Source: Octopus vulgaris
Lineage: Eukaryota
NCBI GenBank assembly: GCA_951406725.2
Contig: OX597817.1
Span: 148,428,001 to 148,492,000, forward strand
Reading direction: 5' to 3'
Length of the DNA: 64,000 nt
Part shown: positions 40,728-54,321 of the stretch, piece after piece
Layout: every line of letters begins with the position of its first letter
Position numbering within the stretch: the stretch's first letter is position 1
The notes under the pieces: model-generated
Seen by the model: only the letters and a program-made list of their open reading frames with translations
Told to the model about the DNA's origin: nothing
Database searches by the model: none
Made by a program: the position numbers and the translations under genes

Positions 40728-41176
40728 CATAGTTAATTCCAATAAAAAAAAACAATTACAAAGCAGAGAAAAGATAAAAGAACAAACGTAAGGACGTGCA
40801 GAAGAAATAAATTAATTAGACGCTCGGTGAAGGGGAAGAGTTATTATTAACGTTTCGTGCATAGCTCTTAGTCGGAAACATATATTGTTGTATTTCGGGA
40901 TAGTCATTTTCTTTTTAGCCAAATAAACGCACGAATTATATATATGTGTGCGTCTAGGAGTGTGCGTATATGTGTGTATCTGTGTGGGGGTGTCCCAGGT
41001 ATGATTTGAAACTGCGCAACGGTAATGAGTTTGTGGTTCAGGAGAAAAAAATTAGAACAGTAATAAACGATTGAAGAAAAATATATAGGGCGTGTGGTTA
41101 TTGGGCAAAAAATATAATGACCGTCCCGAAATACCATATGTATATATATATATACATATATTGTATTTCAGGAATT

Positions 41177-41560
41177 TGTGTGGTAAGTAGCTTGCTAACC
41201 AATCACATGGTTCCGAGTTCAGTCCCACTGCGTGGCATCTTGGGGAAATGTCTTCTGCTATAGCCCCGGGCCGACTAATGCCTTGTGAGTGGATTTGGTA
41301 GACAGAAACTGAAAGAAGCCCGTCGTATATATGTATATATATATGTATGTGTGTGTTTGTCCCCCTAGCATTGCTTGACAACCGATGCTGGTGTGTTTAC
41401 GTCCCCGTTACTTAGCGGTTCGGCAAAAGAGACCGATAGAATAAGTACTAGGCTTACAAAGAACAAGTCCCAGGGTCGATTGGTCGACTAGAGGTGGTGC
41501 TCCAGCATGGCCGCAGTCAAATGACTGAAACAAGTAAAAGAGTAAAAGAGTAAAAGAGTA
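41177..41560 (+). mobile_element. SINE family A
   Basis: Near-full match, with (gtaaaaga)n tail. Confidence 0.9.
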
Positions 41561-41893
41561 ATATATATATATATATGAGAGACCAAAGTGTGCTTACGCC
41601 GCTATATTTTATATATATAAAAATACAAAAATGGGACAAGAACGCAAAACATCCAGACAGTTAGGTGAAACAAAAAAAGGAAAATAAAATATCCAGACCT
41701 ACGGGACAAAGAAAACAAGGACAGATCAGTCGAGTTCGAGATTATCGTTGCAATGTCAGATGGTTATACACGAGGTTGCTCCAATCTGGCCAGCCCGAAG
41801 GAAAAATAACATAAGAGCATTACATTCCTTGGGGAAAAAAGCAGCGAATGTATACGAAACAAGGACAAAAAAAATATAGAAATGTTACACAAA

Positions 41894-42300
41894 TAGGCGC
41901 AGGAGTGGCTGTGTGGTAAGTAGCTTGCTTACCAACCACATGGTTCCGGGTTCAGTCCCACTGCGTGGCATCTTGGGCAAGTGTCTTCTGCTATAGCCTC
42001 GGGCCGACGAAAATCTTGTGAGTGGATTTTGTAGACGGAAACTGAAAGAAGCCTGTCGTATATATGTATATATATATATGTATGTGTGTGTATGTGTTTG
42101 TGTGTCTGTGTTTGTCCCTCTAGCATTGCTTGACAACCGATGATGGTGGGTTTACGTCCCCGTCACTTAGCGGTGCGGCAAAAGAGACCGATAGAATAAG
42201 TACTGGGCTTACAAAGAATAAGTCCCGGGGTCGATTCGCTCGACTAAAGGCGGTGCTCCAGCATGGCCGTAGTCAAATGACTGAAACAAGAAAAAAGAGA
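41894..42300 (+). mobile_element. SINE family A
   Basis: taggcgcaggagtggctgtgtggtaag..gactgaaacaag. Confidence 0.92.
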
Positions 42301-42637
42301 GAAAAAAGAGTAAATATAAATAACAGGACATAACAAAACGTGTCTCTTTCATTTTGCTCTCGTCCATCCTTAATTCTTCTATCCTTCTGCCTCTACCTCT
42401 CTTCTCTCCCCATTTGACCGGTGTTCGGCCAGGTCTGACCTTTCTTTCCTGGTTGGACTACTGTCCGTGCAACATCTGTATTCCTTCCTGCGTTTGTTAA
42501 ATCTTATGTCTCTGCCCTAAAGCTTTAATTTCACACACGTCAGCTTAATTTAATTCGTCCTTAGTCGAAAGAGACATGTTGTTATGTCCTGTTATTTAAA
42601 TTTATTTTTTCCCGTCCTTGTTTCGTATACATTTTTG

Positions 42638-42685
<48 letters not shown>

Positions 42686-42698
42686 TTTATATTATATT

Positions 42699-42928
42699 AT
42701 TAAATTAGAGATAAAACCACTATTAGGCAAATCACACAATGAAAAACTCAAGCCAATACATAAGATTAATTAATTTATATTATTTTAAATATATATCAAA
42801 ATTATTAATTATCTTTTTTTAATAATTTTGATATATATTTAAAATAATATAAATTAATTAATCTTATGTATTGGCTTGAGTTTTTCATTGTATGATTTAC
42901 CTAATAGTGGTTTTATCTCTAATTTAAT
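42699..42928. repeat. near-perfect hairpin, 110 bp arms and 10 bp loop
   Basis: 42699-42808 is the reverse complement of 42819-42928 with about 2 mismatches; the downstream tail is shared with 25998-26090. Confidence 0.9.
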
Positions 42929-43011
42929 ATAATATAATATTTTACTATAAAGTTGGATTCAATCCTAAACCTGATTTTTCCCTGTAAGTTTGGATTTATT
43001 CCCTAATATTT

Positions 43012-43051
<40 letters not shown>

Positions 43052-43548
43052 GTTCATACATACATACACACATATATATGTGTGCATATATATATATACA
43101 AATACATACATACACACACATATATATATATGTATATATTTATATATACGTGCGTGCGTGTGCATGCGCGCGTGCACGCACACACACACTTCGTATCGAG
43201 GTTGAGGCTGGAAATAGGAAATTCAAATAACTTGGTGTGAATTGCCAGTTCACACAACCATATATCTCATCCTTTGGCGGAGATAGCATTTTGTCTACAG
43301 AAGGGTTGATAGCTACCAAACATTCACATTTTTCATCTTGGGTTCTTCTCTGTAAAGCTCATTTAAACAAACCGGCAGCTGACGTGCAATATGTCGTCTC
43401 ACACTGTGTCACCTACGATTTTTAAGGGAATTATATAACCTACGCAACTTGTTGCTTAGTCATTTTCGACACATAAAAGCTTAAAACTCGTATTCCATCC
43501 TTTGCTTCAAGAAGTATACCAGTCCACTGCATACAGTATGTGATATAT

Positions 43549-43966
43549 AAGGTGGCGAGCTGGCAGAAACATTACCACGCCGAGTGAAATGATCAGCGGT
43601 ATTTCGTCTGCTGCTACGTTCTGAGTTCAAATCCTGCCGAGGACGATTTTGCTTTTCATCCTTTCGGGGGTCGATTAAATAAGTACCAGTTACGCACTGG
43701 GGTCGATATAATCGACTTAATCCGTTTGTCTGCCCCTGTGTGTCCTCTCTGTGTTTAGCTCCCTGTGGGTAGTAGAGAAATAGGTATTTCGTCTACCGTT
43801 ACGTTCTGAGTTCAAATTCCGCCGAGGTCGACTATCTCTTTCCTCCTTTCGGGGTCGATTAAATAAATACCAGTTACGCACTGGGGTCGATATACTCGAC
43901 TTAATCCGTTTGTCTGTCCTTGTTTGTTCTCTCTGTGTTTATCCCCTTGTGGGTAGTAAAGAAATA
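43549..43966 (+). mobile_element. SINE family B with tandemly duplicated body
   Basis: ggtatttcgtct..gggtagtaRagaaatag occurs twice (43598-43783 and 43783-43966). Confidence 0.88.
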
Positions 43967-44139
43967 GAGCATGTCATATATGTATCGATGCAGAGAAAGT
44001 GTAACGTAGGATTGAATCCCAAGACACATCGGCCCTTAACTAATAGCGTAAGGTAAATTTATCTGACAGGGTCGATGTAATCGACTTACACTTCCGCTGA
44101 GATTGCTAGCATTGAGCCAAAATTAATTCGCGAAATATG

Positions 44140-44340
44140 GCCGGAAGTTTGCAACATTTTTAGCACCCCGGACAAATTGATCTTTCATCCGTCTTCACGT
44201 TCTGGGTTCAAACTCCGCTGAAGTCGACTTTGACTTTTATGTTTTTGATCGATAAAATAAGTACCAGTTGAACAGTGGGATCGATGTAATCGAAATACTC
44301 CCGCCCCCAATATTGCTGGCTTTGTGACAAAATTTGTAAA
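44140..44340 (+). mobile_element. SINE family B, diverged
   Basis: acgttctgggttcaaactccgctgaagtcgactttg..aagtaccagtt. Confidence 0.7.
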
Positions 44341-44596
44341 CGATTTTTATAGTTAGAAATGTAAACCACGTATAATCCTTGAACTGTATTTTAATAGAAG
44401 GTTGATTTGTCGTTCTTTCAATCTCTCAATACTGTATAGTGTGTTCAGAATTTTCCCTATATCTAATAGTTCTTCGTACAGTCCAATATGTTTCTGTACG
44501 GGACATGAACAAGCGCATATACGCTGGCTTTCGTAGCGAACCCTCAAAGCCTCTGATTTTATAAAGTAATCTTCTGACAGCGGAGTTATTTTACTG

Positions 44597-45027
44597 TACA
44601 CTAATCTCTCGACTATCAAGGGTATTTCAAAACCTTCCACAGAAATAATTAAAATCTAAAAAACAATTTAAATGCTTATCAGCCGCAGAAAGCCGCTGTA
44701 TACTGAGGGGTCCGCGATATAAATTTACATATATAGGGTGGCCCAAAAGTAGGTTTACAGTTATTCAACTATCTTTTTCGCATTCTTATATTAGCAGTTT
44801 AGATCTTAATTATAAAACAAATATGAAACCATTATTCTCTGCTAATTTAGTTAATTTTGTCAAGCCCCTTTTTCAGTTTGTGAGACAGAAATTTAAGTGT
44901 AATAAAAAGCATAGAAAGAAATTTAAAGGGCCTACGTGATAACTGTAAACCTACTTTTGGGCCACTCTGTATTAGCCAGAAAAATCCGCGATGTATTGAG
45001 TGCGCGATATGGCGAAGAATTACTGTA
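44597..45027. mobile_element. Tigger-like MITE interrupted by a Tc1-like MITE
   Basis: Outer ends tacactaatctctcgactatc / gcgatatggcgaagaattactgta. Confidence 0.65.
44732..44971. mobile_element. Tc1/mariner-like MITE with 32 bp TIRs
   Basis: tatagggtggcccaaaagtaggtttacagttat / ataactgtaaacctacttttgggccactctgta. Confidence 0.85.
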
Positions 45028-45604
45028 TCTGATATAAATAATATGTTCGCTGCTAGAATGATTGGATTTACTACAGAGTGGTGTCTATACATTAAATTAT
45101 TCTGTGACTACTTTTGCTGAGATTATAAAATTACTAGCAATGCCTTGAGGAAGGTAACTGATACCAACGCCAACAAAATATTTCAACGGTAAAAATCTTT
45201 TCTGAGAAGAGTACCAATATTCTCTTCTGAAAGGGAGTAACTACATACATGAACTTCCATAAAGAATACACTACTCAATAATAGATATTCTGAGGCGAAA
45301 TCACGGAACAATAGAAACGAAATATAAATACATCAGACACATGGTAAACACTCAAACTTTACACAGAGTACATTAAAAGAATAAAAAAGTATATTAACAA
45401 TAGAGGAACGAAACTGGTTTCTGAAGAACCATCGCATGAGAGTACACTCACTCCCTCATTCACACATACATACATATACGAACACACACATGCACACATG
45501 CAAACCTGTATATATGCATTCACACGTGCGTATTGCACTTACATACGCAATGATTTTTAAATTATATATAGATATTTGTATTATATATATATATACACAC
45601 ACAA

Positions 45605-45665
<61 letters not shown>

Positions 45666-45835
45666 ATAAGACACAGTGTACATTTAAACACATGAGGAAT
45701 CCACTCATAGGATTCAACACGCTAGAAAGAACAGCTAATTTCTATAACCACAAAATTAGGAATAAAATTCGACAGGAACTGAATGAAAAATATTTTACCA
45801 TCTAGTTTCCTATACATATATATATGTATATATAA

Positions 45836-45894
<59 letters not shown>

Positions 45895-45902
45895 ATTATG
45901 CA

Positions 45903-45946
<44 letters not shown>

Positions 45947-47570
45947 TTTGTGCTAGTGTGTATATGCATGTGTGTGTACCTAGAGTTGCATTTTTATACA
46001 CACATATATATATGTATATGTGTGTGTGCGCGTGTTTGAGGTGCATGTGTATGCGAATATATATATTATATATGTATGTATGTATTCTCTTGTCTATGTA
46101 TTTATACATATTAAGTCGCAATTTCTTTCAAGCCTCATATTAATCATAGAAGAGTTTCTAAAAATTTCTATCCCGCCGGAAACGGTAGACGAGGGAAAAA
46201 TTATTACATGGTTTTAGATGAATAAATATAAACATGAGAAAACTTCAGTCTCTGTCCTTCATTTATCAATAAGTTTGTGGGCGAATGACTGGGGCATCGT
46301 ATATAAATTGCCTCATTATAATAGCTCCTGTGCATATATGATATATGCAGATGTGATCCGAGCTATTTTTATAATGGCAGTAGAAACCTTCACAAATCTG
46401 CCTATCATAGCATTTCTTTATTAACCAGGACATCATTTCGAGCCTGTAATGATACATGAAATACCACCGGAAAAAATGACAAGCCAATACAAAATAAATG
46501 ACATTTTATCAGTGGTTCTCTGTGATCTGTTTATTCACTTTCCTAAGAGAGATTTTGTAGACTACGTAACTACTTGCCAATTTCCAATTTAATTCGCTAT
46601 TCAAGCCTGAGTCATTTTTCTTTTTTCTTACTTGTTTACAACTTCCGGTTAATTGGAGCGGAAGATGTTTAATAGCTTCCCTCGAACAAACTTCAGTTCC
46701 AGGATGGCATTTCATGGTTTGTCTGACATAAGACCGCTATTACGCTTGTATGTAAGTAGCAGATGTTAGATTATAACGGAATTAAACGAACGTTTAATTA
46801 CAGATATTCTTTGCAACGATTATATATCTGAGACAAGGTATAGAAAATATTTTTAACGTAAATATTTGATTAAAAATCTTAAATGTTTCAACACCTTTTA
46901 AACCTTATGAAAGCGTGAGTGATTTCCATGCATGAAGTTACAGAAATGCATAGAAACCTTACACATACAGACAGAACCAAATACATAGACATAAACTCAC
47001 ATATGTATAGATATTTTAGTAATACCTATAAACGATTATATATATATATATATATAGTGGTGAAACCATAGCGGATCTTCTTCTAGTATAAGGGTTTCTA
47101 CATAGTGGTTAAAAAATTCCCTCTTATATTTATGTATGAAATACTATTTACAGAATCTCATTTTTTTATATGCTAGACCACTGGTGTTAAAATTAATGTT
47201 ATCAAATTAATATCCAGTTTTTTCACCCTCATTTTGATTATATATATATATTTAATATATGAAAAAAATGTATTGCAAAAAAAACAACGGGGAAAAATCG
47301 TACAACGCATACTGAATGTTCAAACGGACTGAAAACATACAGAGAAGAGCCTTAATACTTTATCAGTTATCAACCAGGTTGAATAGGGACCTTCTGTGTC
47401 TGTCTCCCATCCGGTTGTACACTTACTATAAGTTGGACGTTTTCAAATTGTCGTTGTCTATTTACGATATATTTTTTCATTTATTAAGTAACTGAATGCA
47501 ATGCACACCAGCTTCTAATAACAGTTATATGCGTGTGTGTGTGTGTGTGTGGAGGGGTTGAGTATAGATA

Positions 47571-47616
<46 letters not shown>

Positions 47617-47858
47617 ACTGTAGAAGGTAAAGTATCAAGAGAAGGAAGAGGGAGATAGAGAAAGTATGAGACAGAATTTATGCCTCCAATAATTTACTAG
47701 ATGATTTTCTTTTGTCGGGCACGACCATGGTTACCTTTAGGTTCTGCATGCTACAGTAATGTGGTCCATCCTTCCGCTGAAACATCCTACGTATTTATCG
47801 ATATACGTAAATTAGGTACCCTACATTAGAGTGCACGTGTTTTTCAACACGCATAATA

Positions 47859-49102
47859 TATTGGGTTGACAACTAAGTTCCCGCCATTTTATTTTTGATT
47901 TTGGAATTTATTGCATTTTAAATTTTGAATCTATTTTTTCCGCGAATTCTATTTTTGAATAATTTTCGAATCTATTTTGTTGCTTTTTTTCTAGTTAATT
48001 TTAGTAAATTTTTGTGTATTTTCAGATCATTAAAATGAAATGTCAAATTAAGAAAAAACGAGCATTTTCGATGCCTCCTTCTTTTTGCTTTTTTATCAAG
48101 GTTCTAAGGCCGCAGAAGCTATTCGCGATATTTTTGCTGTGTATGCAATAGCTGAAATAACTGCTCGTGATTCGTATTCCAAGTTCAAAAATCGAAATTT
48201 TGACCTCAAAAAGGCACCTCGTTCTGGTCGTCCAGTTGAGTTCGATGCAGAGCGATGGAACCAAATTTGCACGAAAATCTCGTCAAACGACAAGGGAAAT
48301 GGAATGAAAATGGAATGCCCTCACACCACTATAGAGGAGCATCTTCACTCGATGGGAAAGGTTCAGAAGTATGGAGCATGGATTCCGCATGCTTTAAGTG
48401 ATTACGATAAAAATCAACGTGCCACAATATCCGCTGGTTAGCTTGCTCGTCACTGCTTAACTCATGGTTACAAACAACGATTTCTTTACCGAATAGTATG
48501 AAACAGTGTAAGGAATTGCTTAACCCCGGTAAACAAGCGACACCGCGCGTGAAACAATACAGTCATCCACGTAAAACGATGTTGTGCGTATAGTGGGACT
48601 GGGAAGGGATTATCCATTACGAATTGCTTAAACGGAACCAAACGCTCAAGGCGGAACTCTATGTTCAACAGATGGAACGAATCAACACGGCTATTCAAGA
48701 GAAAAGACATAATCGGCAGCATGGAGTTCTTCTGTTGCTCGGTAACGTCCGCCCCCATATCGCCAATATGACCAAGGAAGTCATTCAAACGTATGGCTGG
48801 GAAGTGCTGACACACCCACCACACTCTCTTGGTTTGGCACCAACGGATTTCCACCTCCATAGATCTCTTTCAAATCCTATGCGCGGAGTTTGGTTCAATA
48901 CTGATGTAGAATTGAGAGCTTGGATGTATCAATTTTTCATGTCTCAATCGGGTGATTTCTACCAATGAGGTATTGAAAATCGTGATGAACTTTGAGAAGT
49001 TGTAAACAAAAAGAATGAATACATTATTGATTTATTAGTAATGGGGCTTTTTCAAAAATTCAAATTTTATAAAACGTTGGGAACTCAGTTGCCAACCCAA
49101 TA
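47859..49102 (+). mobile_element. full-length decayed mariner transposon
   Basis: TIRs tattgggttgacaactaagttccc / gggaactcagttgccaacccaata; transposase pieces RSGRP, WIPHAL, GNVRPH, HPPHSLGLAPTDFHL. Confidence 0.93.
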
Positions 49103-49104
49103 CA

Positions 49105-49165
<61 letters not shown>

Positions 49166-49442
49166 CATGTTCTCCGTTTTCTTTTGTTTATTTAATTTCT
49201 TGTGTTTGTTGCTGGTCATATTCGCTAGCTTTTTTACATAGGTTAGAAGTTTTAGGGGATATCTAGATCGAACCCTCTCAAGTGTAACTGCCCGAAATGG
49301 TCGGGGTCTCTGGAACTTGACTGATGAAAGAAAACCAGAATGACCTGTCTCTTTTTTGGCTCTCTTTCCAATTGTTGTTTCTCTTGTCTGCCTTTGTATC
49401 GTCTAACTCTGAACGAGTAAATACCATCAATTGCGGTTTTGT

Positions 49443-49598
<156 letters not shown>

Positions 49599-49784
49599 TA
49601 TACACACACATATGTGTGTGTGCGTATAAACATTTATATGCCCATTATTTGAATTGATAACTGTACAATCTATACGATGTGGACTTAAACTTGGAATATT
49701 TGAGAAGAAAAAAGACTTTCTGGTTAATTTGTGTCATGGCTATGGTATTGGTATCAATGTTTGAAACAAAAACTAGACATTGTT

Positions 49785-49931
49785 TACATTATTTACATTT
49801 GATGGATATTTGTCCTCATCTTGTTTGTTGTTAACAGAACGTTTCGGCTGATATATCTCAGCATTCATCAGGTGTGTTGGGGAAATTTCGAACCTGGGTT
49901 CTCATTCCTAAGGTATTTTTCGATGTTATTG

Positions 49932-50019
<88 letters not shown>

Positions 50020-50047
50020 CATTATTATTATTATTATTATTATTATT
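49785..50047 (-). mobile_element. 3' half of a family H element (hammerhead part plus expanded (TAA)n)
   Basis: Minus strand cacac-CTGATGA-atgctg..cagcc-GAAAC-GTT; matches 7049-7215. Confidence 0.8.
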
Positions 50048-50219
50048 CTATGTTTGATTTTTGCTTTATATTTGTACAAGTTGGCTCCAAGTCTCACCCA
50101 GAGACCTCAAGAGACAACAGGGTTGGAAGTTCATGTTGTTGTTATGCCTAGTGTGCCATATATTTGGGGGTTGGGGATGTTGTACTAATGAATGTCTAAA
50201 AAAAAAAAAAAAAAAAAAA

Positions 50220-50254
<35 letters not shown>

Positions 50255-53200
50255 CGAAAATTATGGTTTGTTTTAAACCTTGAGATTACATAGAGAGTAT
50301 TTTGCGTAGGATATGAGCAGTTCCCATGAGCACTATCTTTTGAACTTCTGCCATTTTGGGGTTTCCTGGTATCTGAGTTAGGTAGCTATCAGCCCCTTTT
50401 GCTATCATTCCCAGGGCACCTATGACAACAGGTATTGTTTTAGTCTTCAGCTTCCACATTTTGCTGATTTCTATTTCAAGATCTTTATATTTGCTCAGTT
50501 TTTGGTAGGTCCTGACAGATACGTTTATATCGATTGGGACAGTCATATCAATGAGGAGGCATGTTCTTTGTTTGAAGTCTTTCAATATGATGTCTGGCCT
50601 ATTTGCATCTATCTTCCTGTCAGTTTGAATGGTGAAGTTCCAGAGGAGTGAGATGTGGTCATTTTCAAGCACTGGGGGTGGTTTGTGTTCCCACCAGTTT
50701 TTTTCATGGGGCAAATCCAGGTTTTTACAGATTACCCAGTGAATATATTGTGCAGCTCTATCGTGCCTGTTGAGATACTCTGTAGGCGCTAGAAGACTGC
50801 ACTTGGAGACCACATGGTCAATGGTTTCATTTTGTTGCTTGCATACACGACACGTTGGACTGCTTCTGATCTTTAATATGTTGGCCTGGTAGTTTCTTGT
50901 TGGTAGGCATTGATCTTGAGCTGCTATGATAAACCCCTCTGTTTCAGATTTTAAGCCAGAGGCCATTAGCCATTGATGGGTCAGGGCTTTGTCGATATCT
51001 GCATTATTCGCTCTCTTTGGGTATTTGCCATAGAGAGGTTTTTCTTGCCATTTATTATTCAGAATATCTAAGGCCGCAGTTTTGGCACGGGTTTTCATGC
51101 GCCTAGCTTTTTCTGTGCTTGTTTCTTGTATGTCTATCTCTAATTCCGAAATTGGTTGTATTCACTTAGATATTCCTTTGCCTGTTTTGTGACTGAGTAT
51201 GATGCTTTCTTGTTTTCATGTTTTGAGACAAGTTTTAACATCCAGTCCTCAGAGTTTTTCAGGTAGGTGTCTAGGCCAATTGTAGCAATCTTCATTGTTA
51301 TTGCCAGTTGCAAAAGACCACGGCCTCCCTCTTTTCTTGGCAGATAGAGTCGTTCTGTATCTGCCTTAGGGTGGTGCATTCTATGCATTGTCAACAGTTT
51401 CCTTATTTTTCTGTCGAGCTGACATATTTCAGTAATTGACCAGTTAACAATATTGAAACTGTAAGTCACGACTGGTATAGCTAATGCATTGATTGCTTCG
51501 ATCCTGTTTCTTGCATTCAGCTCTGTCTTGAGTATTGCTCTCACTCTTCGATAGCATTCTCTCCTGATCCTTTCCTTCATCTCTGAATGCCTTATTCCGT
51601 TCCCTTCAATTACCCCTAGGTACTTGTAGCTCTCCGCTGGGTCTAGTTATTTTATGACATTCTGTTGGTCAAGGTTAACGTTAGATGTTTCTGTCATTTT
51701 TCCTTTGATAAAGGTAGCCTTTGCACATTTATCGAGGCCGAATTGCATTCTGATGTCGTCACTGAATTGTTTGACTATCGCTAGTAAGCCCTTGAGTTGT
51801 TGATCATTTTTTGCAAAAAGCTTTAAATCATCCATGTAAACGAGATGATTTATATTTTTATCAAACATTTTATACCCGTACTGCGCGTCATTGAGTAGCT
51901 TTGAGAGAGGTATTAAGGATAAACAAAAGAGGAGTGGTGACAGTGAGTCACCCTGGAAAATGCCACACGAAATTTTTACATCACCAGCATTTAGGGATTC
52001 ACTGTCACTGTTCAGAGTTAGTGTGGTTCTCCATGATCTCATACTTACAGTCAAGAAGTTTCGCAGAGTTGGTGCTATCTTATACATTTCAAGGCATTTC
52101 CTAATCCAGCTATGTGGTAGGCTATCAAAAGCCTTTTTATAGTCTATCCAGGCTATTGATAAGTTTTTGTGTCGTTTGTGACAATCTTCTAAGATCATCT
52201 TATTGATGAGTAGTTGGTCTTTACAGCCGTAGGATCCACGTTTACATCCTTTCTGTTCATTAGGGAATATGCTGCTGTCTGTTAAAAAACTACAGGTATA
52301 TTCCGTCAGGACAGATGTTAGTGTTTTGTACATAGTTGTTAAGCAGGTTATGGGTCTATAGTTTTTTGGTTCATTTGTTTCTTCACTTTTTGGAAGCAGG
52401 AATGTTAACCCATTAACTAGCCAAGGAGGCATCCTACTAGGGTGTTGCAAAACATCATTGTACAGTTCTGTTAGCAGTTCATGGCTCTCTGGGAAGGCAT
52501 TCAGCCAGAAGTTAGGAATTTTATCCTTTCCTGGAGACTTCCATTTGCTTGACCTCCTGAGAGCAGATCTTATATCTTCTACCTTGACACCCTCCCACTT
52601 TTGCTCTTCTAAGGGGTCCAGTTCTGTAGATATTCTGTCAATCCAGGGGGCCTTTTCGTTGTGTGTTTTTTCTTCTGCCCAGATTTTATTCCAAAATCTC
52701 TGCACTTCTTCTTTTGATGGTACAGACCCTGCAGTAAACGCTGTTTTTCCTATCTTCCTGTAAAAATTCTTGGTGTTATTTTTGAACATGTTGTTGTCCT
52801 TGAAAAATCTAACACGCTTTTCATACCTCGCTATGCGGGCAGCTTTGGCAGATACCTTTTGTTTGATGGTTTCTATGGTGGCATCAATATCAAGTATAGT
52901 TTTCATATTGTATTTTTTCAGTAATTTTTGGGTTTTTGTAGGTTTGGTAGTCTTGTGAGCCTTAAGGTTTTTCAAATATTCAATGTCAGATCTAAATACT
53001 TTAATTTGTTGTTGCAGACGCTCTTGCCAAGAAGGCTTTTTGTGGGACTGTTGCCGTTTTCTAATCTTTACACCACATAGGATCGTTGAGATTTTCGCGG
53101 ATGCATAGTATAGGTGGTTGAGGTTTGTGATATCAACATCATTAACTGAAATTATATCCTTAAGTGCAAGCCGGATTTTACCAATTATTTTCATGTTTTG

Positions 53201-54228
53201 GTTAGAGTTGCGGATTTTAGGAAGTGTATCACGTTCATCCATGCTGGTTTCTTTAATTTTCAGCCATTCAATCATGATTTGATTTTTTAGCTCATGTAGT
53301 TCTGTTGGGTCAATATTTGTGTGACTTTCTTTATCTATTTGATGCTCATCTGTCTTAGTGTTTATGATTGGTTCAGGGCGTATTTCACTTTGCCTATCAC
53401 TTATACTAACTCTTTCAATCCTCTCTTCGTTTTTATCCGCCCTGGGCTGGTCTATAATCATTTCCTCTGTATTATCTTCTCTAGCTGCAGCTTCGTTCAT
53501 TTTATCCGATATTGCTTGTCTAACCTGATCAATCTCTACTTCAGTCAGTAATTTCTTTTTTATAATGTTTCTTCTAACATTGGCAAGCTTGTTACTGTCT
53601 ATGTAGGTTCTTACTTCAGGGTGTTTCTGTCTCCAGTTTAAGTATGCTTGTACAGTGCTAGACTTATCTGTGGGGAAATATATGGCATGGTAGAAGGCCT
53701 CAAGAACTTCTTTATTATCTTCCCTAGACCATTTTTCCTTCTTTTTCTTTTGATTATTTGGTGATGAGCATGGATGGCCATCTGTTGGAATATTCCGGTT
53801 GTGGGGTTCGTCCAGCTCCTGTGTGTTGGGAAGATTTGATCCAGTAACTGATTTTTCAATCAGGATTTGGTTCAATTTTCGGGTACGTGGTCTTTTGTAA
53901 TCCGCGCAATGACCAATGCGGTTTATTGTTTGATTTGTTGACCTTGAAGTATGACGAGCATCCATTCTTATATTAGGAGATGGATCTGTCAGTTTAGGGT
54001 TCACTACATGTAAGCATTGCTCATAGCGCCGCTTCTTAAGACTAGCAGATCTATATTCGTCTGTATTTTTTTTGTTGATAGTTTTATCTCCGGACATTTT
54101 TTTTTTTTTTTCCTCCTTTCCTCCTCTTCCTTTCTTCAAGGCTTACTGTGTCTGTATTAGTTCGAAATAATGAGAATAAAATACGGAGAAGGAAACGAAA
54201 AGAAAGGGAAAAAGACGGGATCTGTCAG
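50048..54228 (-). mobile_element. near full-length R4/Dong-type site-specific non-LTR retrotransposon
   Basis: Single long RT-RLE frame with two lesions, bounded by (TAA)n on both sides. Confidence 0.92.
50286..54139 (-). pseudogene. Dong/R4 ORF: RT, CCHC knuckle and restriction-like endonuclease; one in-frame stop (51647-51649) and one frameshift (about 51150)
   Basis: KSPGKD, NYRPITCL, DYKKAFDS, GIFQGDSLSPLLF, YMDDLK, YKYLG, CRVC..ETIDHVVSKC, RPDII..LIDMTVP..KLSKY. Confidence 0.9.
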
Positions 54229-54270
54229 TTATTATTGTTATTACTATCATCTTCACCACCATCACCATCA

Positions 54271-54321
<51 letters not shown>

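Noticed and set aside
40840-40876. Other hammerhead-like fragments (here on the minus strand; also about 31783-31820 and 49272-49310)
   Set aside because: Core or stems are too degraded to support from single copies.
50198-50250. A-run (about 26) directly followed by a T-run (about 27), and a (TAA)n to (ATT)n flip at 57830-57979
   Set aside because: Strand flips inside simple repeats are plausibly consensus or assembly artefacts; this cannot be judged without reads.
54140-54228. HDV-like ribozyme at the 5' end of the Dong LINE
   Set aside because: Reported for some R2/R4 elements, but I could not find the nested double-pseudoknot pairings by eye.
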